Made by a program: the position numbers and the translations under genes
Shown here: piece after piece, positions 13,806 through 27,251 of the stretch
How positions within the stretch are numbered: the stretch's first letter is position 1
How the letters are laid out: the number at the start of each line of letters is the position of its first letter
Notes under the pieces: model-generated
Told to the model about the DNA's origin: nothing
The model's input: the letters and a program-made list of their open reading frames with translations, nothing else
Database searches by the model: none
Source of the DNA: Octopus bimaculoides
Lineage: Eukaryota
NCBI RefSeq assembly: GCF_001194135.2
Contig: NC_068992.1
Span: 55,840,751 to 55,904,750 of the forward strand
Direction of reading: 5' to 3'
Length of the DNA: 64,000 nucleotides

Positions 13806-14427
13806 ATAAGATGGTCTTTAGAAAAGTTGCAAAATGAATTTAGAGAAGAAATGTGACGCTTATAGTTTGCTTGTTCTTTGGAGCCGAAGAATAGAAGGCG
13901 TTTTTTCGCTTTTGCAATTTGCTCTTTATGAAATGCCTGAAAGTCTTCTTTGGAATAAGAAAATAGATTCCATCATTGAACAGTACCGGAAAGGTTTAGA
14001 CATGGAAAGGCAAAAAAAATAATAATGACTCATTGATACTGATTTATAGAATGGAAGGAAATTGAAAAGAAATCTTTAAGAAATAGACGAGTAGTAGCGA
14101 TAGATATCTAATTTCAAATTGCATCAGAAAAACGAAAATAGTGAAAAGTTCCCCACGGAATTCACCATAGTATAAAACGTTTAGCAACTGAAAGCCTTCT
14201 ATGATTGCGTGGTCACAGAATCCTTTAGATAAGAAATGAAAACATTTTTTGATATTTCGAAAGGTTATTAAGAGGATTGTATATAATACAAAGCGTAGGC
14301 GCGGGTGTGGTTATAGGTACAACGTGGTTGTGTATAGGCTTCCAAAAAATAAGTTCTGGGGTCGATCTGTTCGACTAAAGGCGGTATTCCAGCATGGCCG
14401 CAATCAAAATGACTGAAATAAATAAAA

Positions 14428-14470
<43 letters not shown>

Positions 14471-14991
14471 AACTAGGGTCGATTTGTTTGACTAAAACCC
14501 TTCAAAGCGGTACTACAGCATGGCCGCAGTCCAATGAGTAAAACAAGTAAAAGATAACACCTATATAAAACATAAAACAACTATTCATACTAACAATATG
14601 AAAATGAGTAAACGCTTATTGAAATAAAAGCATTCTAATTATTATAGACCTTCAAAGAAATGTCGTTTTCATCTATATTTGTGGTTATCTGTATGAATAA
14701 TCTTGTACTTTATTCTTAAAATTGTACTTGTCGATCTTTTGACGAGACAAACGCATCGACAATATTATTAAAATTTGTGTTTTCAGTTTCCTCACGTTCA
14801 ATGCTGAAGAAGTCTAAGGTCAACAGGCTTTCTTGACAGGGTTAACGTTTTATTGACAAACATTGACCCTTTCGTGTAAGAACTCCCCCAATAATGTAGA
14901 AAAGAACCCAGGAAGAATATTATATTAATCTCATTTGGTGCGGAAACCGATGGCTTCTACTTTTTGCAAGAAATCGCTACATAACATTCAT

Positions 14992-15520
14992 AATGCCAAA
15001 TATTTTGGCCTCGTGTTTGATTCTATTGCAGATCAAAAACATTACGAGCAAATGACAGAAAGTGTTCGTTATGATGATATTGATTTTTAGAAGAAAAGAA
15101 TTATGAAAGGGTCTTTCTTGGATTTATTCAATTAAAGCGAAAGTATGCCGAAAACACGGTGAAAGTAATTCAGGAACAACTTGTAAAAGACAAATGTTGT
15201 TAGAAGCCTGTTGATCTCCATACCATGGCAATGCTGCAATAATGGCTTTATAAAAGAAGTATTCAACAGAAGATAAATGAAATATAGAAAAAAACATTGA
15301 ACAGATATTGTCCTGTTAACTGTGATAATCGTCCTCTCAATTTGATCGGAATGCATACTTCTAAGAAGTATTGATGGTGATGTTTACGGTACAATTCAGA
15401 CACTTTATTCATTCGTTTCCTGCTCATCTATCCGTTAGTAAAAGCGAAAAAGATGTCATACCAATAGTTTTCAAAGCTGAATCTGAAATTCAATGAAGTT
15501 CTAAAACAGAAAATGTGAAG
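14992..15520 (+). mobile_element. Decayed hAT (ZMYM1-like) transposase fragment
   Basis: NAKYFGLVFDSIADQKHYEQMTESVRY...VFLGFIQL...Y(H/D)GNAAIM...LNLIG...TIQTLYSF, with stops and frameshifts. Confidence 0.7.
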
Positions 15521-16107
15521 TCAGCTCATGAATGTTTTTGATATTTCCGTTGAATTTTTGTAAACCATAGTTAATTATCAGAACTGCAATGCTGATACAA
15601 GAAATGGTGCGAGGAAAGTAATGAATCAAATTTGAATTGTTTGGTTTTGCTTTGATTTTTTATAATAAAATATTCATTTAGATTGGCCCTCTTCAAATAA
15701 ATCCAAGATCATACCGTAAGCTCTCTTAATGGTGCTTAGGATTTAAAGGCTCTTCAAGATTATTTTTTAAACATCGAGCATTATTTGCAAGTTAATCACT
15801 GTAAGCTCAGCTGAAACTGTGTGATGAAAGGGATACTCAAGTAGAAAATGAGTCAGAAAGAAGAAGCAACTGCTTGTCTTTGACATTTTACTTGTTTCAG
15901 TCATTAGACTGCGGCCGTGCTGGAGCACCGCCTTGAAGAATTTTTGTCGAACAAATCGACTCCAGCACTTTTTTATAAACCTGGTACTTAGTCTATCGGT
16001 CTTTTTGTCGAAGCGCCAAGTTACGGTAGCGTAAACATACCAACACCAGTTGTCAAGCGGTGATGAGAACAAATAGGCACAAAGACACACACACAGAAAC
16101 ACACACA

Positions 16108-16171
<64 letters not shown>

Positions 16172-16425
16172 CACATTTACATATATATTATAAATAAGGG
16201 CAAAAAGAAAAAAATTTCTTTGCCAATATACTGAAAAATAGACGCTAAGTCGTCTAACCACATAAAATATTTTCACTTANNNNNNNNNNATATTGGCAAA
16301 GAATGTTTTTGTTTTTGCCCTTGTTTATAATTATATTTATAATTTTCACCTTAAAAGGTATTTTTTATATGCTGGGCTGGTCACTGATAAAATTTTTTAA
16401 TAAAATTATATTCTTATATAAGACG

Positions 16426-16474
<49 letters not shown>

Positions 16475-18713
16475 GGTTTCTTTCAGTTTCCGTCACAGGT
16501 CCATTCACAAGGCTTTGGTCGGCTCGAACCTATAGTACAAAACATTTGCCTAAGGTGCCAAGCAATAGGACTGAACCTGGAACAATGAGGTTGGAAAGCG
16601 AACTTCTTACAATACTGCCGCGCCTGCTTGGTGAAATATAAAATAAGCAAAGATGTAAAAGTAGAAATGATGAGAATAATAAAACTATTGTTTTCTTCAA
16701 TAATGAAATGAAAGAAAAATTTACTTGTTTCTATGATTTGGATTTTTAAAATTAGGCTTCTTTTTGATGGTAGAGGATTTTTGTTTGATTAAAAAAAAAG
16801 CAACAGCATTCATAATGTGATTTCTAGTGGATCACGACACCAGTTAGGAGAGGCCTGCTCAGGTGATGCTAAAAAGAGCTACGTGAAGCTAGGGAAATAT
16901 TTGTACAGTTAATAATACATAAGAGAGAAAAGGAATCAGCGAACAACAATTTTAACAACCACTGTTTCGAATTAGGGTCGTCTGCTATTTACTGCTGCTT
17001 CAGTTGCTGCCGTCTGCTTGTCTGTTGCTGCTGAGACTCAAAAATGTGGGGGAAAAAAATCAGTAAACTATCCCACGAATTTCCAGCTGCTGTTGCTGCT
17101 ACTGCTGTTGCTGCAGTTGTTGTTGTTGTTATTTGCTTCTATAATTTTCACAGTGTCGTTAGTCACTGCGAATGATATATGCATTACATATTAGATAGGA
17201 CAAATCTATAGCATCGATCTTGCCTAATCAATAATGCGCAGGATTCAGCAGCGTTGAAAGCAAGTTCGTTTCCACTTTGTTGCAGAAATAACTCTTCTTA
17301 GTCCAACAATCCAGGGTCTATTATATATAGCTGAAAAGTATGTTTAAATACTATTTGAATCGTTGAAATAAATATCTTCAGAATGATGTTTGCGCGTAAG
17401 GAATGCCTCAAGTTTATGTACACATTATACATTTAAAGAAAGCCTTCAAACTTCTCTGTTTCTACCTGCCTGCCTCTTTCTTCTCTCCCTCCCTCTCTCT
17501 CTCTCTCTCTTTCTTTCGTTCGTTATGTATTTATTAATTTCCCTACCTCTATGTCAGTTAGTTTTTTCTTTCATTCACTTCCCTTTTCGATCTCCATCAC
17601 ACTTTCTCAATCAATTAATACTTTATTTATTTGCCTCTTGTAAATAATGATGAAAAGAATCAATTACATAAGTATTCGTTTATAACAAGTATCCATGAGG
17701 TGATGACTATCCTCATTCACACAGAGACATGAGAAATGGGTGCTGCGACGTAAAGTAGTGTTTTCCTGACATAAATAAAAGAATAGATCTGTCTACATCA
17801 CTGGGAATTAAAACTGGATTGCAGATTCGGTTCAGCCGGAAAGCATTCGCTTCCCTACTGCTGTATTTTTTTTTATTCATGTTAGTTCTGCATCGAGTTA
17901 CAAAGACTCCCTTGTCCCTCTGAGCCATCAGAAATACAGTAAACTTATAATTAAGCCATATGAAAGCTCTGCCGACGCTGTTGTTCACCAGTTGTAATAT
18001 AAAATAAAAACTTATTGAGAGCATTACATAATCAACTAAATACTGATGGTACAACGCCAATTTTCTGGAACCTTTGCTTCCAAGACCATTCCGGATTACA
18101 ATTTTTCCGAATCAGTGGTAACTACACTCCAAATTAAACAAATGTTGAATTTACTGAAATAATTCAATGAAATGCAGCTACAGTAAGTCAGTATAAATGA
18201 TACCAGTTTAATGTTGTACTGCCTAAGGTACCAGTAAACTAGTCTGGCGGCCGCTGGAATTTGAAGCTTCTGGTCTTGAATTAGCACAGATTATAAGAGG
18301 TTCCGGACCATTAGTGTCCGAACAGTCGGTGGTTTATTTATATTGACCATACTGGAAAACTAATATGTTTTTCACATATGTTTCGTACTTATTAAGATTA
18401 TGAAATGACAAATTGGAAAGAATAAATACGATTAAAAAGAAACAAATCTTTAAAATTCAGTAACAACTTTTTGTTTTTTTTACAAAATAGAAGCCAGTGC
18501 GTTAAGTCTACTCAACAATAAACAACACAAAACTACTTACAAAACAAACACTAATTTATCTAATGACATAAATAGTGCCTGGTTTTGAGTTCAGTCTCAC
18601 TGCGTGGCAACTTGGGTAAGTGCTGCTGCTGTAGCACTAGGCCAATCAATGCATTGTGAGTGAAATTGGTCGATGGAAACTGTGTGGAAGCCCGTCGTGA
18701 AAACACATGATTT

Positions 18714-18734
<21 letters not shown>

Positions 18735-18755
<21 letters not shown>

Positions 18756-19080
18756 AGAATTCACAAAAAAAAACAAAAGACGAAGACAGGTGGTGTAGAA
18801 AACAAACAAATGTATTAGTATAATGCTCGGGAAGTGAAAAAGTCTTTAACGTTTCGAGCCTACGCTCTTCCACAAAAAGAAACACAGAAAGAAACAAAGA
18901 GAGAAACACGGAGAGAAAAAAAAGAATATGTAATGGCTAGCGATCTATCATGGCGAATGCCGGACAGAAGGGTCACACAGGAGAGTAAGGAAGAAGGGGA
19001 GATAATAAAGCATTAGTGATCCCAAAACGAAGGTGCGCGTGCGTGTGTGTAAGAGAGTTCGTATGTGCGTGTGAAAGAGG
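18735..19080 (-). mobile_element. PLE-like pLTR remnant of a second family with a decayed hammerhead (18843-18880)
   Basis: TCTTT-TTGTGGA-A GAG cgtagg CTC-GAAACGTT-AAAGA: stems retained, two core mismatches. A related truncated motif lies at 62139-62156. Confidence 0.45.
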
Positions 19081-19599
19081 GCTGGTGATCTTGACGTGTG
19101 CGTGTGTATATGTGTAGGTGTGAATATGTGGGGCTGGGAATTGGTCAGTGCTGGTGTGTTCGTGATGGTGTGTTGCGTGGTGGTGTGTTACGATGTGATG
19201 TGCTGTGTGGTATGGTGTAGTGGTGTGTGGTGTGGTGTGATGGTGTTGGGAGGTAGGGGAGGCGAAAGTGGGGAAAGCAAGGTGGGGTGTGGGTTAGGTT
19301 GAGGGTGGGGATGACGGCGAAGTTAACCTCGGCGACCTTTTTCGCTTCAGAAGAAATGCTGCTAGGCATATTTCCCGGCGCGGTAACGATTCAGCCAAAT
19401 CGCCCCTTAAGTTCGCTCTTTAATTTTTATGAAATATACGTATAAAGTATATTCGTATTGTGATACGAATATACTTTATATTTGTTTTTATTATTTTTAT
19501 TCTTACATCCAATTTTAATGCATGTTCAAGAAGATACACATTTTCGGTCAAACGCTGAAGATAAAACGTATTTTACTGATCGTTCCCGTTTGATCCAGT

Positions 19600-19860
19600 C
19601 TATTGCAGATATCTTAGTGCTGCCAACAAGAAGTAGAACGTATTGATTCTAATTCTAATACTGAAGATTTTGAGAGGCTGCTAATCTTGGTTACATGTTT
19701 GAGAGAAAAGTAGCTGAAATGATTCTCAGGAAGAAGATAACAGTTGATGAAGGAAACAATATTCAGGAAAGATCACAGAATTTTCTTCTCAATCTTTATA
19801 AAAGAGCTTAAACAATGCTTGCCGAAAAATTTTAACGTATTCGAGAACGGGAACTGTTTT
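19600..19860 (+). mobile_element. Decayed hAT-like transposase C-terminal fragment
   Basis: NLGYMFERKVAEM...IQERSQNFLLNL/IKELKQCLPKNFNVF (one frameshift) resembles YLGY.FE...R....FL..L.KEL..RLP.NF. Confidence 0.5.
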
Positions 19861-20145
19861 TGCTTTTGTTTTCTATAGAAAATATTTCGTTTTTTTATGG
19901 AATTAATGAGTTTAATTTACGATGTTATACTGGTTTCAAATTTTCGCACAAGGCCAGCAATTTCAGCCGGATGGGTAAATCGACTACATCGACCTCAGTA
20001 CTCAATTGGTGCTTATTTTATCGACCCCGAAAGGGATGAAAGATAAAATCGAACCTGGCGGCATTTGAACTCAGAGCGTAAAATCAGAAGAAATACCACT
20101 AAGCATTTTTTATCGGCGCGGTAATGATTCTGTCAGCTCCCCCAC

Positions 20146-20176
<31 letters not shown>

Positions 20177-22466
20177 CCCTAAATTACGATGTTATATTAA
20201 GTGCTGAATTACAATGTAATAGTAGTTGGACTAATCACTACAAATTCAGAAAAAATTTGTACGGAATTTATTCATTTATTCATTTCAAGGATATGACAGA
20301 AGGGAATGCCTTCAGAGATGTTGCAACATTTGTTTTAATTTCTTAATTTCACTTAATTCAGAGACTGAGGTAAAAAAAAAAAATATCCTTCAGCAACATG
20401 GACGTTATAAAAACAAAATTAAGATAACAAAGAAAAATAGAACGGGTAATAATGAAATGAAACTTGCAATTCTCGGAGTTATTCTCTGCTTAGAAATATT
20501 TCATGAAACGCCGTGATGAAATGTAAAAATTTAGCGTTTACCTGAAGCATTTTTAAGATTATCACACAATGGACACATCTAACTTTGAAGTAAGGTAATA
20601 GTAATGGAAATACTGACGGAGCAGTGGCGGCTCATGTATAGGAACTGCAGAACTGCAGCACCCCCTATTTTCACTCGATATTATCGATAACATTCAATAT
20701 AATGAGTCCTTTTTCCTTGAATTCTTTCTTCATACTTGTACATTATATAATCCTTAAGCTTAATGTCAGTAGCCATCCCCTAGTTTATGAAAAAAAATAC
20801 AAAAATCCTCGTATAGAACTGTGCGCTTCACAGTTCCAGCGACACGGTGTTTGGCTGTTGTGCGCATACTCACATATCCGAGATAGGAAGCTTCACGCTA
20901 GGGAGAGAGAGTACTGTCGTTCACGCAGTGCCGGTGAAAGGTAGTGTTTCTTTTTGACTCCGCGTGTGTTGTTCTTAAAAACATGTTTATATTCTTGAAT
21001 GTGATAAAGTGTAGAATTAGATTATATTTTCCTGCTTCCCGCTTCAGTGTTGCTGCTAGGATTTTTTAAATAGAGCAAATTCCCCGTCCACCCACCCCCC
21101 TTATTTTGTTATTTAGGAGGGAATTTTTGAAAAACAAGGGGTAATTCGCGGTGGTTCGTAAGCAAGCTACTTACCACACAGCCACTCCTACGCTTGTCTC
21201 TAACTATATATGAATAATGCAGTACTAGATAGACGAAACCAAGAAAAAAGTGAGTAGGTTGGTCATTTCTGGAATGCTTTTGATTACAAACGTGCTCAAT
21301 TTTTGCTTAACCTGAGGTTAAACAAAAATAACCACAACCACAACCACATAATAATTAACAGAGCATTTGAGCATTTATTCTGTTGATATCTCTACAGCTT
21401 CCAAATAAAGTCCTCGGGGATATCGCATCAGTTTTTCTGGTATTTATAGCGATTGTTTATTCAAAAGTACATTTATAATACTATTGAACGAATGCCAATT
21501 TATAAGTAAAAGAATATATGTAAATATATATAAAAAAGAAAACTGATATATTCCGTTTGTTCGATCCGGAAATTATGAGAATTAGCCTTACTCCATAATT
21601 AATTACAACACATCTTTCATTGATAATTAGTCTAAGTAGCTTTAATTTCCAATATTCTGACATTATTCTTTCCTCGATTTCTAAACGAAGTTTATATACA
21701 ATGTTATATATACACTATGTCCATCAACCTGCATTGAATTACTCGTTCTAATACATTTAATGAGACTATGATCCCAATCAAACGTTAATTCTTATCCATT
21801 GAAAGACCCTCCATGAAATGTTAATTTTTTTCACTTTCACGACGCACCAATTTGTTTCCATTTTTTCTTTTCTTTTCTTTTTTTTTCGTTGTCCTTTTTT
21901 TTCTTTTTTACCTGATTAAATCTTCTTCCATTTAGCAGATTATCCTAAATTATCGACTTACAATCAAGTGTTAACCCATTTCCATTTAATCCTTCATAGA
22001 CCCATTATAACAACACAACACAACCAAATATGCTAGCCTCTATGCGGTCATTGAACTTGCTAGAAATGGCAGCCAAAACTCCTATCACAATGCTTCTCAA
22101 ATGGTGAATCGCTCAGGACATCAACGTTAAACACGGACTATTTTAAATATAATTTAAGGCTTTATTAGAAAATCCATTCTGACGCTTGAATGTCTTGCAA
22201 AACATGTTATTCATAATTCTGTTACATACATACATACATACATACATATATANNNNNNNNNNNNNNNNNNNNNNNNNNNNNNNNNNNNNNNNNNNNNNNN
22301 NNNNNNNNTATATATTTGAAAAGCCTACAAGACTAGGTGAAAGCGCTAATTTACAAAACATGTGACATATGAATAAAAATCTGTAAATATACAACCATCC
22401 AGACATCTTAGTACCTGATTATTATTTTTTCTAATATATAATTCCTGTACATCACCTCCAAACCTT

Positions 22467-22499
<33 letters not shown>

Positions 22500-22501
<2 letters not shown>

Positions 22502-22800
22502 CGGGGTGGGGTACAATGAGGAGTTTTACTGCATTTTTGATTTTGAAAAGAAATATATTTTTTTTAAATGTTCACAACCTTACAAAAACAATGACCTTCT
22601 CTAAATGCATTTCAAAACATTATAACATAATCTGAACCCTATTTCTGAACATTATCACGTTCTTTATGAGCATATCAAAGACAAATTTAGGTGGGGCAAA
22701 TTGAGTAAGCCAAGATACGGTAAATTTTTCTCTTCAATTCTCCAGAATTATATTTGGAAAAAGACTCATACACACCAATATCCGTCGTTAAATCAGAAAT
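22500..22800 (-). mobile_element. Fragment of the same Tc1-like family as 9483-10375
   Basis: The reverse complement aligns by eye with 10080-10375 (GATATTGGTGTGTATGAGTCTTTTTC...GCCCCACCTAAATTT...CAAAAATGCAGTAAA). Confidence 0.55.
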
Positions 22801-23445
22801 GCTGCAAAAGTTTTAAAATCTAGGACAAATGAAAGAGGGTCAAGGGAAAGTGGCACATGATATAAAATTAACGAAACTCGACTAAATCATAAAAACTCAA
22901 CATAAAATATTCTCTATAGCTTCTTTACAATCTGCTAGAGTGGCTCTCTTCCCGCTATATTCACGCACGATGCAGTTAAAGAGAAGAAATTACTGAAATT
23001 AGTAATGGCTCATTTTACACCATTTTAGACATCATTTTTTAAAATTTGAAAATTACCAAATTAGACATTAGTGTAGGAAGAAATTGACTTGAGATCCAAC
23101 AGAGAAAAGAATATTGATTGTTCAATACCAAAAAAAATCCAGATAATTTGTTAACAATTACAATCGGGAGAAATTTGAGGAAAAATCTCTTGAAAAAAGA
23201 ATTCATTTTAACATATGTTTCAAACTCTCTCGACTTCAACAACAGCAACAACTATGCTGGCCAATTTTCACTCCCAAAGATGATACAGCACTTGCAAAGA
23301 AGCGGTTTCAAACAGGCAGAAAGAAAATAGGAAGTCAAATGTTGCTTCAAAGATGATACAATAATTTCAATGCAAAGATTTCAAATGAGTAGGGAGAAAA
23401 TGGCAAGAAATCAGGAATTACTCATTTTACCCCGGTTACTAATTT

Positions 23446-23479
<34 letters not shown>

Positions 23480-26135
23480 GCTGAGTATTCCTTCGTTGCC
23501 GAGTAATTTTCACAATCATCCCGTCTTTTTATATATCTGGATGGTCAAGGTTTCAAAGCTCAATCGGATATCAGACAAAATGCCGCACACATTAGACCGG
23601 ATATCTTGCATATCGGTCCCAGCTCTTTGTGTTCTGAGTTCAAATTCCCACACAGTCTTCTGAGGTGGCAGACTAAAACCATCGGCCGCTTTAACATACC
23701 CTCTTGGATACCTTTAGCCGAATCCCCTGCCGGGGCCTCTTGGAACTTTAGGTGTTTTTCCCTCAATAAACACTCACAATGCCCGGTCTGGGAATCGAAG
23801 CCGCGATCCTACAACCGCGAATCCGCTGCCCTAAGCACTGGGCCATTGCACCTCCAATGTAGGAAGTAGGTGTCAGAGCAAGGTGTCAAAGCATGTTAAA
23901 TCACATAATTGCTAATATGACATTATTTATACAACTGTGCGCAACATAGTATAGCAATAAGCTTGAGCATCCGTTTATTTGTGATGATATATGATGATAT
24001 AAAGATATATGATGATATAAAGTTTCGTTTCTGATCTGTCCTCTCTATAATTCTTTCCAAATTTGACACGAGGACAGCTATTTTGTGGAGGGATATAAGT
24101 CGATTACATCGACCCCACTACTCAAAGAGTACTTCCTTTATCATCCCCGAATGGATGAAAGACAAATTCGACCTCGACGGCATTCGAACAAGGAACATAA
24201 AAGTGGAAGAAATGCCGCTAAGCATTTTGTCCGGCTAGTTGGCCACTCTATTTGTTCTCACTATAATAATGCTTTGTTTGGAACGGGGTATACTTGCTGT
24301 GTCATGTGATTCTACTTGATAACCACGTGAGCCAGCGATCTTCAAACTGATACATACCACCCTCACTTAATCCTCACGGCAAAAAATATTAGTTTCAAAT
24401 TTTGGTACAAGACCAGAAATTTCGTGGGGAAGTGGTAAGTCGATTGCATCAACTAGTACTTATTTCATCAACCCCGATGAAATAAGTGCTCAACCATGAA
24501 AGGATGGATGAAATGCCGCCAAGTATTTTTTCCCGGCGTGCTAACAGTTCTGCCAGCTCGCCGTCCTTCACCACATAAAATATATGTGAAACGTTTTGAT
24601 CCGCCATTCATTATAAACGAGAAAACGAATTAGAGTCTGCATCCATGAAATGCTTCTCTAAATATAGGCCCCTCTGATTTCTTAAAATTATGACTAAAAA
24701 AAAGTCTTAGTTCTATTAAATTGGGAAATTTGTCTGCCATTTTTTTTTTCAAACCTCACAGCCTTTCTTTATGGTAACCACTAACGTGAATGATGCTCGG
24801 AAGCGTGACTGGGAGCTCAATGGAGGAATGACTTGTCTATGGGGTTAAATAAAGGTTCAGAGTAGTAAAGGCGTTTGCGATAATAGTTATACTATAGTAT
24901 TACTTGGCTGGATACAGCAAACAGAAAGAGCGAGAGAGACTGCAATAAACAGACTTAGACAATGATTACTTATCAGACTTGTTATAATAGCAACGAGGCT
25001 TGGGATGAACTAATTGATGACAAAGACAAATTAGCATTGTATGAATGCTAAATCATCATAATAAACAGCGGACTTGTCATAACTCATTTGCAGGAAAGAT
25101 TTAGTTTTAATGCGTAAAGTACAATACTGCTATTTCCTGTTATAGTTTGCTAGTCTACACTTTAAAACAACCAGCGTTAGTATTATCAAATGAAGTGATG
25201 ATATGCATATATATATATATATATATATAACGAACTAGCAGAATCGTTACCACGCTGAGAAAAATGCTTAGCGATATTTGGTCCGTCCTTACGTTCTGAG
25301 TTCAAATTCCACCGAGGTCAACTTTGCTTCTAGCCTTTCGAGGATGAAAGCAAAGTTGAGCAATGGGGTCGATGTAATCGACTTAACCTCTCCCCTAAAC
25401 TTGCTGGCTTTGCGTCAAAATTTGAAACATAGATATATATATAAACATCCAAATTGAGGGGATGGAACGGGTATAGTGCTGACTAGCTAGCTGATCCTCT
25501 GATGTAATAATTACTCAACGAGCAGTACGCAACTTAGCTAATCCCCAGGCCGAGAATAACTTAATTAAATGAAGGTTACATTGTCGCTTGGGATTTCCAA
25601 TTTTACGTATATTATAACTAATGAAATATTTCATGTATTATAAAACAAATGAGTTAAAAACTGTTTGGTATGTGTCACAGCGCCTTCGTCTTTTTTTATG
25701 TGCTCGCTCCCACAAACTTTAGATCATGGCTACGCCTATGCAGGCACTTACAACTGTAATCGGATCTATTCGGTATATACACTCCCCTTTCAAATTCTGG
25801 ATTCGTTCCAATGTAAAGAAATCAATAGATTTCCTGTGTTATCCAAGACCCCTACTTTTAACAGTTACTGTATAAATATCCCAGTATTTTTATCGTCTGT
25901 TGAACGGTCCCTTCTAAGCATCATTGTTGTAAATCAATAAGCACACAAATCTTACAGTCTGATCTTAATTCCTACTAAATCAATAGATTCGTTGAGTTCC
26001 AGTGAAAATAGTTGTCTGTCATTTGGAATTTTCGCCTTTGTTAAAATGAAATAAAATAAATGGCGTTCTTTCGGAGAAAGTTTCCGCAAAATTTCCGTAA
26101 AAATTTTTTGTTTCTCTTTTTTTTTTTTTTTCCAG

Positions 26136-26330
26136 CTCGAAGCAAAATGCCAAAGATAGACAACACGCTGCAAACCTGCAGCACTTTCCTTGCTTGAAGA
26201 TTTTGCAGCAGAACTTACGCACCAAACATAGGAAGAATCAGCCATGAGAGAAGCTGCAGGAAGAAGACTACGAGGACCTAATTAAGACATTCTCCACTGC
26301 TTAGACCGTCTGTCAAAACGTAAAAAGCCA
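26136..26330 (+). mobile_element. 3' terminus of an RTE-clade LINE
   Basis: LEAKCQR...RFCSRTYAPNIGRISHERSCRKK (decayed C-terminal CxxC..HxxxC knuckle), short 3' UTR, then an (ATGT)n tail. Confidence 0.55.
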
Positions 26331-26364
26331 TGTGTATGTATGTATGTGTGTATGCATGTATATT

Positions 26365-26398
<34 letters not shown>

Positions 26399-26644
26399 TG
26401 TATGTATGTACTCTTTTACTTGTTTCAGTCATTTGACTGCGGCCATGCTGGAGCACTGCCTTTAGTCGAGAAAAATCGACCCCAGGACTTATTCTTTATA
26501 AGCCCAGTTCTTATTTTATCGGTCTCTTTTTGCCGAACCGCTAAGTTACGTGGACGTAAACACACCACCATCGGTTGTCAAGCGATGTTGGTGGGACAAA
26601 CACAGACACACAAACACATACACATACATATATATAGGAAATTA

Positions 26645-26840
26645 TGAGAAAAGTGACTACGGAGGTCCATAGCATTCTAGAGAAGGCGTTCCAGAGGTGT
26701 TACCAACAACGGCAGATCCGCTGGGAGAAGTGTGTGAACTACCAAAAGGAGAATTTTAAGGGCGATTAAATAAAATTTGTGAAATGCACAATTTTTTTTT
26801 TCAAGCCCAAAGGTCGGATACGTTTTGAACGCACTCCCTA
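26645..26840 (+). mobile_element. 3' end of a mariner transposon
   Basis: KVTTEVHSILEKAFQRCYQQRQIRWEKCVNYQKENFKGD*, then a TIR-like AAGGTCGGATACGTTTTGAACGCACTCCC and TA. Confidence 0.75.
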
Positions 26841-27030
26841 TTACAGGTAACGTTTCAAATTTGACTTTTTTTTTTGTCTCAGATGAAACTATCTCATCCC
26901 ACTTTCATTCTTCCACCTTAACCCCTACATAGGCACCAGACCACACATTTTAGATAAACATGAGTATTTCCTATTTTGTAAGTTTTTACTTTCTTTTTTT
27001 ACATCCAATAGCAAAGACCCATTAGTGAGA

Positions 27031-27251
27031 TACGAGGGGGTACTGAAAAGTTTCTGGGTTTAAGGGTCTTGCGAAAGGCCTGGCTGGAGGTCCAACCTTC
27101 CGAGTTCTTTTACGGGGCTTAGGAAAACCGAAGGACCGCTGCAATCAGTGTACGGATCTGAGAGAGGAATATGTTGAATAAAATCATAATTAACTGATCC
27201 CCCTATATTTTCATTTATCCAAAGCCAGGAACCTTTCAGCACCACCTCGTA
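27031..27251 (+). mobile_element. Mariner-derived MITE
   Basis: ~30-bp TIRs (TACGAGGGGGTACTGAAAAGTTTCTGGGTTT / AAAGCCAGGAACCTTTCAGCACCACCTCGTA) with TA ends. Retains the transposase tail QCTDLREEYVE*. Confidence 0.8.

Noticed and set aside
13466-13856. Five overlapping ORFs of 70-123 aa
   Set aside because: A compound GT/GC/CA microsatellite keeps the frames open.
26136-26320. Apparent exon with in-frame TGA (ANLQHFPCLK...NQP*EKLQEEDY), or a hAT fragment, or minus-strand MADSSYVWC exon
   Set aside because: Other frames give LEAK.QR and RFCSR..NIGRISHERSC followed by an (ATGT)n tail, which fits the 3' end of an RTE LINE.
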